In this document: in pieces, positions 45,200 through 58,379 of the stretch
Layout of the letters: each line of letters begins with the position of its first letter
Position numbering within the stretch: position 1 is the stretch's first letter
Source: Octopus sinensis
Taxonomy: Eukaryota
DNA: 64,000 nt
Direction of reading: 5' to 3'
Assembly (NCBI RefSeq): GCF_006345805.1
Contig: NC_042998.1
Location: 196,974,001 to 197,038,000 of the forward strand
Notes under the pieces: model-generated
The model's input: only the letters and a program-made list of their open reading frames with translations
What the model was told of the DNA's origin: nothing
Databases searched by the model: none
Translations under genes and position numbers: made by a program

Positions 45200-46728
45200 C
45201 AAAACCTCATTTTAGACAATATTCTTGGTTTTCCCCCGAGGGACAAAGGCATACAAACTGTTACGACAACCCACTCTGGAACATCCAACGTAGAGTTGGT
45301 GATGTGAAAACCAGGGCTCGGATAAGTAAGGCCCAACAACAGACAGTGACTGCCCCTGAGCTTTATTAATCGACATGGCGAATCCCAGGTGAATTGGAAA
45401 TTGCAGTTTGCGAAAGATGAATGGCAGATCTGCTCCAGAAGGCACAAGAGGTACCCATGGAATGAAGACATCATTCCCTCTTCTGCATCTGGACATCATG
45501 GTTGCCCCGATGATATACTTGAGTTGAAGGACATGCGGAGGTATTCCTGATGGTTCCAAGGAATTGAGGAATTCGGTGGGATAATTAACAACCTCATGAC
45601 ATGCATAAGATCTGGTCATCAAATCTAAGTAGAGACTTCAAACTTGAAATATTCAAAGCCACAGTCGAACCAATTCTACTATATGGCTCAGAAACCTGGA
45701 CGTTATCAAAGAAGTTTGAGAAGCGGTTGGATGGAACTTACACTCGCCTCCTTATGAGAGCTCAAAATCTCTCGTGGAAGTGCCATCCAACCAAAATGCA
45801 AATATATGGGAAACTACCACCTGTGTCATCTCTTGTGAAAGGTAGGAGAGTCCAGTTTGCTGGACATTGTTGTAGAGCTGAGAAAGAGGTAATTTCTACT
45901 CTTCTCCTCTGGAAGCCATCTACTCGCAATACCAGAGGGCGCACACTCTCCTACCCTGATGGAATCTCCAGGGATACAGGCATCCAGCAACAAGACCTCC
46001 GTAATGCCATGATGGACCGTGAAGTCTGGCGTAGCATGGTAAATTCCATTGTCTCGACCACGGTCGAACAATGATGATGATGAACAACCTCATCTAGATT
46101 AAGAACAGTGTCTATGGATTTGTAGGTTGTAATGTTGCCAGGCAAATGCATTTAGAGACTCATGTTGATCACATTGACTCAAACGTTTTTGGGAGCCAAA
46201 ATAGCTCTTTCACATAGCCAATCAAAATGTCATAAGGAAAAAGCGGTAAATGTGTAGCACCCTAAATATAGTAAAATGTAGTTGGCAAAAATGTTAATCA
46301 AACAGACCAAACTAAGGATTTTTAATTTCGGTTAAGAGTTTTGAAGTGGCTCGTTTAAGTTGGAATAATTATATGAAAAAGAGTGCTCACGTGAAAACAG
46401 AGGCAAATTGTAACTCGCAAAGGAATACTGCTGGCAGTACTGTGCAAGCAGTCAATAAGAGCTTACCACTGCTGACAAAGTAAAGTATTGTTTTTTTCCA
46501 GCTGGGTGTGTGTCATGTTTTTTCACTGGCTCAAGCCAAATCCTAGGCAAATTAAGAGCAGTCTATTTATGTTGGGGGCATGGAATTTTGAGGGAAAAAA
46601 AAAGGAAAAGCGTACTAAGTCAAAGAGAGCACACATGTCAAATTTGGTGAAATTTGGTTGAAAATTGTAGGAGTAGAAGTGGTTCACACAACACACAGAC
46701 AGCCAACTTGTCTTTTAATATATAAGAT
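45200..46728 (-). mobile_element. Decayed Helitron (PIF1-like helicase C-terminal part), with a 5' end-like TC...TATATT at about 46725
   Basis: YKSIDTV / [17 protein letters not shown] / [23 protein letters not shown] / [13 protein letters not shown]. The link to the 46725 terminus is inferred. Confidence 0.8.
45598..46082 (+). mobile_element. 5'-truncated RTE LINE inserted into a Helitron helicase
   Basis: ILLYGSETWTL, VQFAGHC, DREVWR; (ATG)n tail; 11-bp TSD AACAACCTCAT at 45587-45597 and 46083-46093. Confidence 0.92.
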
Positions 46729-46955
46729 AATGGAATTTCCTAATGGTGATGGAATGACACTAGACTGGTTTGGGAAGCATTAAATATAAGTCCCTTTTTA
46801 CTTATTGCACAGGAAGAATTGCTCATATAGCCATCGCCAGTAAAATCCAGGACTTTATTTGATGCCACTGTCTATTGAGTCACCTAAAACATGGCCTGCT
46901 CCCTGAGTATCAATGTAGCTTCTTTGCAGGACTTGGCACTGTCGGTATGATCTTT

Positions 46956-47373
46956 GTGGCGACGAACTGGCAGAAACGTTAGCACGCCGGGCGAAATGTG
47001 TAGCCATATTTCGTCAGTCGTTACGTTGTGAGTTCAAATTCCACCGAGGTCGACTTTGCCTTTCATCCTTTCGGGGTCGATAAATTAAGTACCAGTTATG
47101 CACTGGGGTCTATATAATCGACTTAATCCATTTGTCTGTCCTTGTTTGTCCTCTCTGTGTTTAGCCCCTTGTGGGTAGTAAAGAAATAGGTATTTCGTCT
47201 GTCGCTACGTTCTAAGTTTAAATTCCACCGAGGTCGACTTTGCCCTTCATCCTTTCGGGGTCGATAAATTAAGTACCAGTTACGCACTGGGGTTGATGTA
47301 ATTGACTTATTACCTATGTCTGTCCTTGTTTTTCCCCCTCTATGTTTAGCCCCTTGTGGTAAATAAAGAAATA
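46956..47373 (+). mobile_element. SINE C dimer
   Basis: 12-bp TSD GGTATGATCTTT at 46944-46955 and 47374-47385; internal junction gaaataggtatttc. Confidence 0.92.
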
Positions 47374-48245
47374 GGTATGATCTTTCTGGCATAGCGACTG
47401 CAGGATAAATTCCATGACCAGCACTGTGACCTTGATGCAGTTTTAATCTCCTTAACAGTCAGCAGGAATGGCTGTAGGAGATCATTGAGAAGTTTGGCTA
47501 CTTCAGCAGGTTCATCTAATATGGATGGAGTTTGTGGAAGAGGGAGACCCTGGAAGACAGGGGACAAAGTGGTGAAGATTGATCCTGGGATGATTCGTTG
47601 CAAATAAGGTATGTTACCTGTGAGTTTTATTTTATTTTGACTTTCTGTTTTGTATTATTAACATTTTAAAGAAAATCTTATTTTTATTTATTGGTAATTT
47701 ATTTATTAGTATTCGATTTATATAGTCTGGTTTGTTAGTAGATATATATATATACTTACATGTAGTTTATTTTAGTCTCATATCTTTTATCTTTAAACCA
47801 AGCCAAAGCAGACAGAACCTGATGGAACCCTCTGACTTGTCTGTTCTTGTCACTCTGTCCAACCCATGCCAGCACGGAAAAAAGAATGTGAAATGATGAT
47901 GGTGGTATATGTATGTATATGACAGGACAAACACACACACATATGTACATATACAAACGCCTACATTTAAAAATGCGCACTTGTGCACAAATCAACAGAT
48001 GCAACCTTGAATATGCGCAAAAAAAGCATCTATTGTAATACGATACAATAAAATATTAAAATAAAAAAATACTAAATATTGTATGAAAGCCAAATATAGG
48101 CAGACCTCCAATAACGAGTATTCTCATACAAGTATATACAGGCAAACATACACATACTCACACTTACCAAATCATGGCTATATAAAGATGTATGTATATG
48201 TGCATATATACATACACACAATGTACATACATACACACACACACA

Positions 48246-48800
48246 CCAAAAAAGACTGTCCTGAAATAAACTTAGACAATCCCTCCGTTATGGAATACAT
48301 TCCTAAACCCCAATTCAAGGAATACTGGTGGAATATTCCCATCAAAGCCTCTGTCAAATCTAAACATAACAGACTGGATATTGTTGTTTGGGACAGAGGG
48401 GCAAAGGTATGTACCATCATAGAGGTCAGCTTCCCTGCAGATATAAATATTTCTTTGAAAATCAAAGAAAAAGAGGATATCTACGGACAACTGCTACGAA
48501 ACCTCCAGTTTCTATATCCAGACTATGAATTCATATTCATACCAATAATAATTGGAGCACTAGGTTTTGTTAGTAAATACCTAAAGGAGAATCTGGATAA
48601 GATGGATTTTCAGAAAGAGAACTTGACCGGCTGATTTGTACATCACGAGTGCAATCTGTGAGTGGAACAGTAAAGATATGCAAGACTTTTCTCAAGTTCC
48701 AAATGTGAATTTGTCTGTCTAAACGACATCCCAAATATGGATCCTCGTATCTATGTTGGAAACTGGCTCCCTCCTCGGTGGAAGATTTATAATAATTAAA
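48246..48800 (+). mobile_element. R4/Dong-clade non-LTR fragment (restriction-like endonuclease domain)
   Basis: HNRLDIVVWD...IIEVSFPAD...KEKEDIY...IPIIIGALG (PD-D/ExK type); 5' junction in (AC)n; TAA-rich tail. Confidence 0.8.
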
Positions 48801-49149
48801 AAATAGAAGATTACATGTGTGTGTGAGTGTGTGTGTATGTGTGTGTGTGTGTATACATCAGACTCCCCTCCGCTGCCAGACTCCCCTACACAGCTGCCAG
48901 ACTCCCCTGGCACCTGTGCCGGTGGCACGTAAAAAGCACCCACTACGCTCACTGAGTGGTTGGCATTAGGAAGGGCATCCAGCTGTAGAAACACTGCTGG
49001 ATCAGATTGGAGCCTGGTGCAGCCTCCTGGCTTCCCAGACCCCGGTCGAACCGTCCAACCCATGCTGGCACAGAAAATGGACGTTAAATGATGATGATGA
49101 TGATGATGATTATGTATGTATGTATGTATGTATGTGTGTGTGTGTGTGT

Positions 49150-49710
49150 GTGTGTATTTGAAAGAAATGAAGCTAGCATGTTTTGCTGGATGTGCAATGT
49201 CAGTGTGCATGTACAACAGAGTGTCAGCATCTTGAGAGAAAAATTGGGCTTAAGAGGCATCAGGTACGGTGTGCAAGAAAGAAGATTTCACTGGTGTGGT
49301 CATGGGATGCATTTGGATGAGGATAGCTGTGTGAAGAAATGCCACAATGAACCTGTGTGAAGTGGTTGACCCAGGAGGAGATGGGATGAGATGGTGAAGC
49401 ATAATCTTTGGATGTTGAGTTTTAAGGAGGCAAGGACAAGTGACTGAGACCGTTGGGGATTTGCTGTGGCTGAGAAGACATTGACAAACCAAGTGAAATC
49501 ATAGTCATAACCAGTAACTGGTGACATGTAAAAGGCACCCACACCAGTGGTCTGTGCAATGCACCTACTATACTCTTGGAGTGGTTGGCATTAGGAAGGG
49601 CAGCCAAATCAGACTGGGACCGGGTACAAATCTTCTGCTTACCAATCTCAGTCAAACTTTCTAACCCATGCCACCATGGAAAACGGACACACTAAATGAT
49701 GATAATGATG
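49150..49710 (+). mobile_element. RTE-family C-terminal fragment plus 3' UTR
   Basis: RNEASMFCWMCNVSVH...SCVKKCH, ending atgataatgatgatgat. Confidence 0.75.
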
Positions 49711-49767
49711 ATGATATATATCTATGTATGTATACATGTATGAATGTATGTATGTATGTATGTCTGT

Positions 49768-50420
49768 ATGCCAAAACAACTCTTTTATGGAGAGTTAGCT
49801 AAAGGAGAACGACCTCCACATAAACCAAAAAAAGGTATAAGGACTTGCTGAAGGCTTCCTTAAGAGATGCTGGCATCTCTCCTGACACATGGGAAGGCAT
49901 AGCTATTGATCGTAGCAGGTGGAGAAGGATTGTGCACGAGGGGACAGCTACTTTTGAGAAATCTCGAGTTGCTCATGAGAAAGTAAGGAGGGATATCAGG
50001 AAGGGCATCGCTGTTACACTTCCAGATGGGAAGGGTCTTCCTCTGATGCTGACATGCAATGTCTGTGCAAGACCCTGCCTCAGTAAAGCTGGACTTATGA
50101 GTCATCTTCGTAGTCATAAAACGAGACAGATGAGTGACAACCTGGCCATTGGTGGTGGTGTTACACACCATACTAATCATATCTGTCAGGCATGTGGAAG
50201 AGAGTGTAATTCGGCAGGAGGACTTAAACGACATGCAAAGGTACATGAGGCTCAGTTACAACTACAGCCGGCTATTGCCGGTAAAGGTTTTAGCTACCAA
50301 TTCTGTACAAGACATTGTAGATCTTTAGCTGGGCTAAAAAGTCACATTCGATCACAGCACCAGTAACAGTTAAACTTCGTGCAATGGCCATACTCGATAA
50401 CGAGGGGGCAGCCGTAATGT
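49768..50420 (+). mobile_element. 3' end of an RTE LINE with three C2H2-type zinc fingers
   Basis: MPKQLFYGEL..G.R....PKKRYKD (frameshifted) and DRSRWR, then CNVC..HLRSH, CQAC..HAKVH and YQFC..HIRSQH. Confidence 0.85.
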
Positions 50421-50754
50421 GTATATATACATGTGTGCAGAGATGTATGTACGTATGTATGTGTATGTATATAATAGATGTGCTCTTTGTTCAAACCCTA
50501 AATGGGTCACATAAAACTGTATTGAATTACACAGCAGAAGGAGTTTCAAATGAATACTATTAATAGCCACAATTAAAACAATAAATTTAATGCAAATATG
50601 AATTAGAGGCAGCTTGAGGTATATAAACAAAATTGGATACGTATACCCGAGGTATGTGTGTTGTTAGTTCATGGGTTGGCTGCAGTTTTTAGGCATAAGA
50701 GAATATATTCTCTATGCACCTGTAAAAAAAAAGAATACCTGAAAGTAAGTTATA

Positions 50755-51890
50755 TATTTCTTTACTACCCACAAGGGGCTAAGCACAGAGGGGACAAACA
50801 AGGACAGACAAACGGATTAAGTCAATCACATCGATCCCAGTGCATAACTGGTACTTAATTTATTGACCCCGAAAGGATGAAAGGCAAAGTCGACCTTGGT
50901 GGAATTTGAACTGAGAACGTAAAGACAGACGAAATACCTATTTCTTTACTATCCACAAGGGGCTAAACACAGAGGGGACAAACAAGGACAGACAAACGGA
51001 TTAAGTCGATTACATCGACCCCAGTGCGTAACTGGTACTTAATTTATCGACCCCGAAAGGATGAAAGGTAAAGTCGACCTCGGCGGAATTTGAACTCAGA
51101 ACGTAACAGACGAAATACCTATTTCTTTACTATCCACAAGGGGCTAAACACAGAGGGGACAAACAAGGACAGACAAACGGATTAAGTCGATTACATCGAC
51201 CCCAGTGCGTAACTGGTACTTAATTTATCGACCCCGAAAGGATGAAAGGTAAAGTCGACCTCGGCGGAATTTGAACTCAGAACGTAACAGACGAAATACC
51301 TATTTCTTTACTATCCACAAGGGGCTAAACACAGAGGGGACAAACAAGGACAGACAAACGGATTAAGTCGATTACATCGACCCCAGTGCGTAACTGGCAC
51401 TTAATTTATCGACCCCGAAAGGATGAAAGGTAAAGTCGACCTCGGCGGAATTTGAACTCAGAACGTAACGACAGACGAAATACCTATTTCTTTACTCCCC
51501 ACAAGGGGCTAAACACAGAGAGGACAAACAAGGACAGACAAACGGATTAAGTCGATTACATCGACCCCAGTGCGTAACTGGTACTTAATTTATCGACCCC
51601 GAAAGGATGAAAGGCAAAGTCGACCTTGGCGGAATTTGAACTCAGAACGTAACGACAGACGAAATACCTATTTCTTTACTATCCACAAGGGGCTAAACAC
51701 AGAGGGGACAAACAAGGACAGACAAACGGATTAAGTCGATTACATCGACCCCAGTGCGTAACTGGTACTTAATTTATCGACCCCGAAAGGATGAAAGGCA
51801 AAGTCGACCTTGGCGGAATTTGAACTCAGAATGTAACGACAGACGAAATACCGCTAAGCATTTCGCCCGGCGTGCTAACAACTCTGCCAG
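50755..51890 (-). mobile_element. SINE C hexamer
   Basis: Six 181-184-bp units, with a single head at 51845-51890. Confidence 0.92.
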
Positions 51891-52189
51891 ACAACTTGCA
51901 TAGATCTTCTTGGATGTGACAGGCATTGATGTTTCGTCCTTGTTTAACTTATCAATACTGCATACCAAACAAGGTCCGCTGCAAGCCATATTGCCAACTA
52001 TGACTACATGCTAAATAGTTTAAACACCATCTGCTGGCAGGCCTCAATCGTTCATGCAATGGAAAAAATTCAAATATCAATTAGAAACAGCTCAACCTAT
52101 GTAAACAAAATCAAACACACATACACAAGGTGTGTATGTTATTAGTTTGTGGGTCAGCTGTGGTTTTCCCCTTTCATACACACACTGGC

Positions 52190-54402
52190 AGATGTCTGTA
52201 GGCACTCCTCTTTGATCTCTGTCGGCACTCCTCTTTGATCTCTGTCGGCACTTCTTTTTGATCTCTGTCGGCACTACTCTTTGATCTCTGTCGGCACCCT
52301 CTTTGATCTATGTCGGAACCGTCTGTGATCTCTGTCGGACACCCCTCTTTCATATCTGTCGGCACCCTCTTTGATCTCTGTCGGCACCCTCTTTGATGTC
52401 TGTCGGCACCCTCTTTGATCTCTGTGGACACTCCTCTCTGATGTCTGTCGGCACACCTCTTTGATCTCTGTCGGCAATCCTCTTTGATCTCTGCCGACAA
52501 CCTCTTTGATCTCTGTCGGTACTCATCTATGATCTCGGTCGGCACTGCTCTTTGATCTCTGTCGGCATTCCTCTTTGATCTCTATCGGCACTCTCTTTGA
52601 TATCTGACGGCACTCGTCTTTGATCTTTGTCGGCACTCCTATTTGATCTCTGTCGGCACTCTCTTTGATGTTTGTCGACATCCTCCTTGATCTCTGTCGG
52701 TACTCCTCTTTGATCTCTGTCGACACCATATTTCATCTCTGTCGGCATTCCTCTTTGATCTCTGTCGGCATACCTCTTTGATATCTGTCGGCACTCCTCT
52801 TTGATCTCTGCCGGCACTCCACTATGAGTACCGACGGAGATCAAAGAGGAGTGCCGACAGATATCAAAGAGGGGTGCCGACATAGATCAAAGAGGAGTGC
52901 CGACAGAGATCAAAGAGGAGTGCCGACAGAGATCAAAGAGGGTGCCGACATAGATCAAAGAGGGGTGCCGACAGAGATCAAAGAGGAGTGTCGACAGAGA
53001 TCAAAGAAGAGTGCCGACAGAGATCAAAGAGGAGTGTCGACAGAGATCAAAGAGGAATGCCGACAGAGATCAAAGAAGAATGCCGACATACATCAAAGAG
53101 GAATGTCGACAGAGATCAAAGAGGAGTGCCGACAGAGATCAAAGAGGGTGTCGACATAGATCGAAGAGGAGTGCCGACAGAGATCAAAGAGGGGTGCCGA
53201 CAGAGATCAAAGAGGAATGCCGACAGAGATCAAATAGGTATGCCAACAGAGATGAAAGAAGAATGCCGACATACATCAAAGAGGAATGTCGACAGAGATC
53301 AAAGAGGAGTACCGACAGAGATCAAAGAGGTGTCGACATAGATCGAAGAGGGGTGCCGACAGAGATCAAAGAGGGTGCCGACAGAGATCAAAGAGGAGTG
53401 TCGACAGAGATCAAGAGGAATGCCGACAGAGATCAAATAGGTATGCCAACAGAGATGAAAGAAGAATGCCGACATACATCAAAGAGGAATGTCGACAGAG
53501 ATCAAAGAGGAGTACCGACAGAGATCAAAGAGGGTGTCGACATAGATCGAAGAGGGGTGCCGACAGAGATCAAAGAGGGGTGCCGACAGAGATCAAAGAG
53601 GAGTGTCGACAGAGATCAAAGAGGAATGCCGACAGAGCTGAAAGAAGAATGCCGACAGACATCAAAGAGGAATGTCGACAGAGATCAAAGAGGAGTGCCG
53701 ACAGAGATCAAAGAGGGTGTCGACATAGATCGAAGAGGGGTGCCGACAGAGATCAAAGAGGGGTGCCGACAGAGATCAAAGAGGAGTGCCGACAGAGATC
53801 AAAGAGGAATGCCGACCTATGTCAAAGAAGAGTACCGACAGAGATCAAAGAGGAGTGCCGACAGAGATCAAAGAGGGTGTCGACATAGATCGAAGAGGGG
53901 TGCCGACAGAGATCAAAGAGGAGTGTCGACAGAGATCAAAGAGGAATGCCGACAGAGATCAAAGAAGAATGCCGACAGACATCAAAGAAGAATGTCGACA
54001 GAGATCAAAGAGGAGTGCCGACAGAGATCAAAGAGGGTGTCGACATAGATCGAAGAGGGGTGCCGACAGAGATCAAAGGGGGTGCCGATAGAGATCAAAG
54101 AGGAGTGCCGACAGAGATCAAAGAGGAATGCCGACCTATGTCAAAGATGAGTACCGACAGAGATCAAAGAGGAGTGCCGACAGAGATCAAAGAGGGTGCC
54201 GACATAGATCAAAGAGGGGTGCCGACATAGATCGAAGAGGAATGTCGCCAGAGATCAAAGAGGAGTGCCGACAGAGATCAAAGAGGAATGCCGACAGAGA
54301 TCAAAGAGGAGTGCCGACAGAGATCAAAGAGGAGTGTTGACAGAGATCAAAGAGGAGTGTCGACAGAGATCAAAGAGGAATGCCGACAGAGATCAAAGAG
54401 GA
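52190..54402. repeat. ~22-23-bp satellite (GCCGACAGAGATCAAAGAGGAGT) in two opposed blocks
   Basis: Minus orientation 52190-52819, plus orientation 52826-54402. Confidence 0.95.
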
Positions 54403-54719
54403 GTTCAAATTCCGCCGAGGTCGACTTTACCATCCATCCTTTCAGGGTTGATAAATTAAGTACCAGTTACGCACTGGGATCGATGTGATCGACTTAATTC
54501 GTTTGTCTGTCCTTGTTTGTCCCCTCTGTGTTTAGCCACTTGTGGGTAGTAAAGAAATATAAATACATACACACACACATACACAGAGAATGTTCTTTTG
54601 CATAGTATCCATCTACTAAATTCATTCATAAGGCACTGGTTGGTCAGGGCTATTGTGGAGGACACTTGCCCAAAGTTCCTTGCTATGAAATTGAACTTGA
54701 ACTCATGCAATTGGCCGAT

Positions 54720-55433
54720 GACAGTACCGCCTAATTGGCACTCGTGCCAGTGGAACGTTAAGAGCACATCTGAGCGTGATCTTTTCCAGGGCCATGGATT
54801 GGCTCTCGTGTTGGTGACACGTGAAAAGCACCATTCGAGCATGATTGTTGCCAGTGTCACCATACCTACACATGTACCAGTGGCATGTGAAAAACAACAT
54901 TTGAGCATTGTTGTGGTCAGTGCCGTCGGACTGGCACACGTGCAGGTAGCACATAAAACACCTTTTGAGTGTGGTCATTGCCAGAACTGCCTGACTGGCT
55001 CTCGTGCCGGTGGCACGTAAAAAGCACCCACTACACTCTCGCAGTGGTTGGTGTTAGGAAGAACATCCAGCTGTAGAAACTTTGCCAGATCAGATTGAGC
55101 CTGGTGCAGCCTCTGACTCACCAGTCCTCATCGAACCATCCAACCCATGCCAGCATGGAAAACGGATGTTAAACGATGATGATGATGATGATACATATAT
55201 ATATATATATATATATCTTCTATCTTTTACTTGCTTCAGTTATTAGACTGTGACCATGGTGGGTCACTGTCTTGAATTTTTATTTGAACAAATGAATTAA
55301 CCCCAGTACTTATATATTAAGTTTGGTACTTATTCTATCAGTATCTTTTTGCTGAACCACTAAGTAACAGGCACATAAACACACCAGTGCTGGTTGTCAA
55401 TCAGTGGCTGGGGGACAAACATAAAGACATACA

Positions 55434-55473
<40 letters not shown>

Positions 55474-55910
55474 CATACACACACACACATATCATCATCA
55501 TCATCATTTAACACCCGTTTTCCATGCTAGCATGGGTTGGACAGTTTGACTGGGGTCTGGGAGGCCAGGAGGCTGCACCAGGTTTCAGTCTGATCTGGCA
55601 GTGTTTCTACAGCTGGATGCCCTTCCTAACGCCAACCACTCCGTGAGTGTAGTGGGCATTTTTTACATTCCACCGGCACAGGTGCCAGAGGAGGCTGGCA
55701 ACAGTCATGATTTGTTGGAGCTTTTTATGTGCCACTGGCACGGAAGCCAGTCAAAGCGGCACTGGCATCAGCCATAATTAGATGGGTCTTTTTATGTGCC
55801 ACCAGCACAGGTATCACAACTACAATTTCCATTTGATTTTCATTTTGATGTTGATGTACTTGACTTAATAGATCTCCTCAAACACAGCAGGTCACCCTAC
55901 AATCCAAGGT
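54720..55910. mobile_element. Family A copies (54720-55192 on +; 55495-55910 on -) flanking a partial SINE B
   Basis: Shared terminal motifs and (GAT)n/(CAT)n tails. Confidence 0.8.
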
Positions 55911-55999
55911 ACTTTTGAATGGGCTGGGGCTGGTTATACTAAACTGGTGTAGGATACAGCTGTGAACTCACTTTATTTGCTGGGTCTTCGGAGTCACAG

Positions 56000-56215
56000 C
56001 ATGTGTCCAGAGGTCTCAGTCTTTCGTCATTGCCTCTGTGAGGCCTAACATTTGAAGGTTATGCTTCACCACCTCATCCCATGTCATCCTGGGTTTACCT
56101 CCACCCCAGATTCCTTCAACTATTTGGGAGTGGCACTTCTTCACACAGCTCTCCTCATCCATCCATAGTACATGACCATACCAGTGCAAACGTCTCTCTT
56201 GACCATAATAGGACA
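56000..56215 (-). mobile_element. RTE-family C-terminal fragment
   Basis: RRLHWYGHVLWMDEESCVKKCH...GLTEAMTKD. Confidence 0.75.
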
Positions 56216-56251
56216 ATTACGGTAATCTCTTATGTGTTTAAATGTACACTG

Positions 56252-56287
<36 letters not shown>

Positions 56288-56290
<3 letters not shown>

Positions 56291-56450
56291 GGAAAGTTTA
56301 CGAAAAACCAAAAGACGAAGACAGGTGGTGTACAAAACAAACAGATGTAGTAGTAAAACGCTCAGGAATAGAAAAAGTCTTTTATGTTTCGAGCCTATAC
56401 TCTTCTACAGAAAGGGACAGAAAAAACAAGGAGAGAAACAAGAAGAGAAA
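56288..56450 (-). mobile_element. Short Penelope-like terminal fragment with degenerate minimal hammerhead
   Basis: Minus strand reads CCCTTT-CTGTAGA-A-GAGT-atag-GCTC-GAAAC-ATA-AAAG. Same downstream architecture as 1690-1833; embedded in (TA)n. Confidence 0.5.
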
Positions 56451-56476
56451 AAAATGTGTATACATATATATGTATG

Positions 56477-56556
<80 letters not shown>

Positions 56557-57647
56557 CGAGGGAGATTAAAAAAGAAATGAAAAAGTAAAGTGTTTGGCAA
56601 GACTTGACAAGGTTATTTGATTTAGATATACAATAAAAAGGTTTCTTTTTTAATTATATATTAAATTAAATGCCCTTGTCAAGTCCTGTCAGGTGATTTG
56701 CCTTTTCATTCCTGTTTTAACCTATTAAGTCCCATGGGAACATTAAATAACCTATATCACATTGTCTCTGTGTCCTATTTATAGGACACCGAGTATTTCC
56801 ATTTCTACTTGAAGTTAAGGAGTTTTAGTAATTATTTTTTTTCGTTTTAACCTATTTTCAATCATCTGTAAAAATTTTAAAATAATATTCAGAAATTTAA
56901 GTACTCTGGGACTTAATGGGTTGATCTGTACCTCCCTGCTCATGGAGAAGCCACTCCTAGCTGTTTCAGAAAGCAGTCTCAACATCACATGTGCGACTAT
57001 AGTTCAAACCTGATTTTTTATTGGCATACCAAATTGAGCACTCTGGATGCATGCCTGTTAGTTTCAGTCACATGACAAAAACCCCTCATATACTTTATAT
57101 TTATATCATAATCATCATTGTCTAACATCTACCTTTCATGTTAGCATAGGTGGGATGGTTTCACAAGAGCCGGCCAGGCAAAAGCCTGGACTAGACTTCT
57201 GTGATTGTTTTGGTAAGAGTTTTACATCTGGATTCCCTTCCTAATACCAACCACTCAGTAGAGTGGACTTGGTGCTTTTTACGTGGTACAAGCAAAGGCA
57301 AGGTGAGTTTTGGCAAGGTTTTTACAGCTGGATGCCCTTCCTAACACCAACCACTTTACAGTGTGGACTGGGTGCTTTTTAAGTGGCACCTGCACTGACA
57401 GGGTCACCAAGTACTTGCAAGACAAAAAAAAATACTTTCAAGAGGAGGGGGCATTGGAGGAGGTGATCTTGTGTTGGATGATGAAAGATTATAGTGAGAC
57501 AGAGAGACAGAAATAGGTGTCTTGCTGTAGAGGAAGTACAAGGTTAGCTGGATAGAGAGAGAGAGATCAGGAATGCAGACAGAAACAGGTGTGCTACCTC
57601 AAAGGAAATACATGGTTACCCAACCTGAGGGAAGTGCAGCAGAAAGC

Positions 57648-57690
<43 letters not shown>

Positions 57691-58379
57691 AGAGCAAGAG
57701 ATAGAATGGGAGACAGCAGAAATGGTGGCAAAATGCCGGGCATACTCACAAGGGACGGGAATCAGAATATAAATGGGATGGTGGAGTAAAGGAAGAGATA
57801 TAGGTGGTGGCAAGTGCCAGGGCATACCCTTGAGGTTCAAACATTATAATATAAGTGGCAGGATATTGCGAAGAAAGCATCATTAAAGAGTGCGGAGGTG
57901 GGGTGAGTGGCAAAAATCAGGGTATATACGGAGTCAGGATATGGGGCTACCGGGTAGCAATGATGCAGAGGAACAGGGGTGTGAGGACAGGACTGAGGAG
58001 TGAGAGCTAGGCATAGTGTACAAAGGAGGAAATGTGAGGAAGAGATGAGATGTGGAGATGTAGATTGGTTTGTTGGGGTAGGGTGAGTGAAAAGTTTTCT
58101 TGTTACATGTAACACATAGGTCGGTGGGGGGGGGGCTAGCAGATGGCAATAATACAGTGAGACAGGGTGTATGGGTGGAACACAGGTTGGGTGGAAGCGG
58201 AGAGCAATGATACAGTGGCACAGGGTCAAGAGGACAGGATTGGGGTGTGGGAGGTGAACATAGGGCATGAAGCAGAAATGTGAGAAAGATAAGAGACATA
58301 GTTTGGTTTTTTGTGGCAGAGTGTGTGAGAAGTTTTCTTGTTAAGTGTGGGTAGGACACACAGCACTTCTAGAACTCAG

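Noticed and set aside
53011-54048. 345-aa and overlapping ORFs of PTEIKEECRQRSKR repeats
   Set aside because: Translation of a 23-bp satellite; all frames give similar text.
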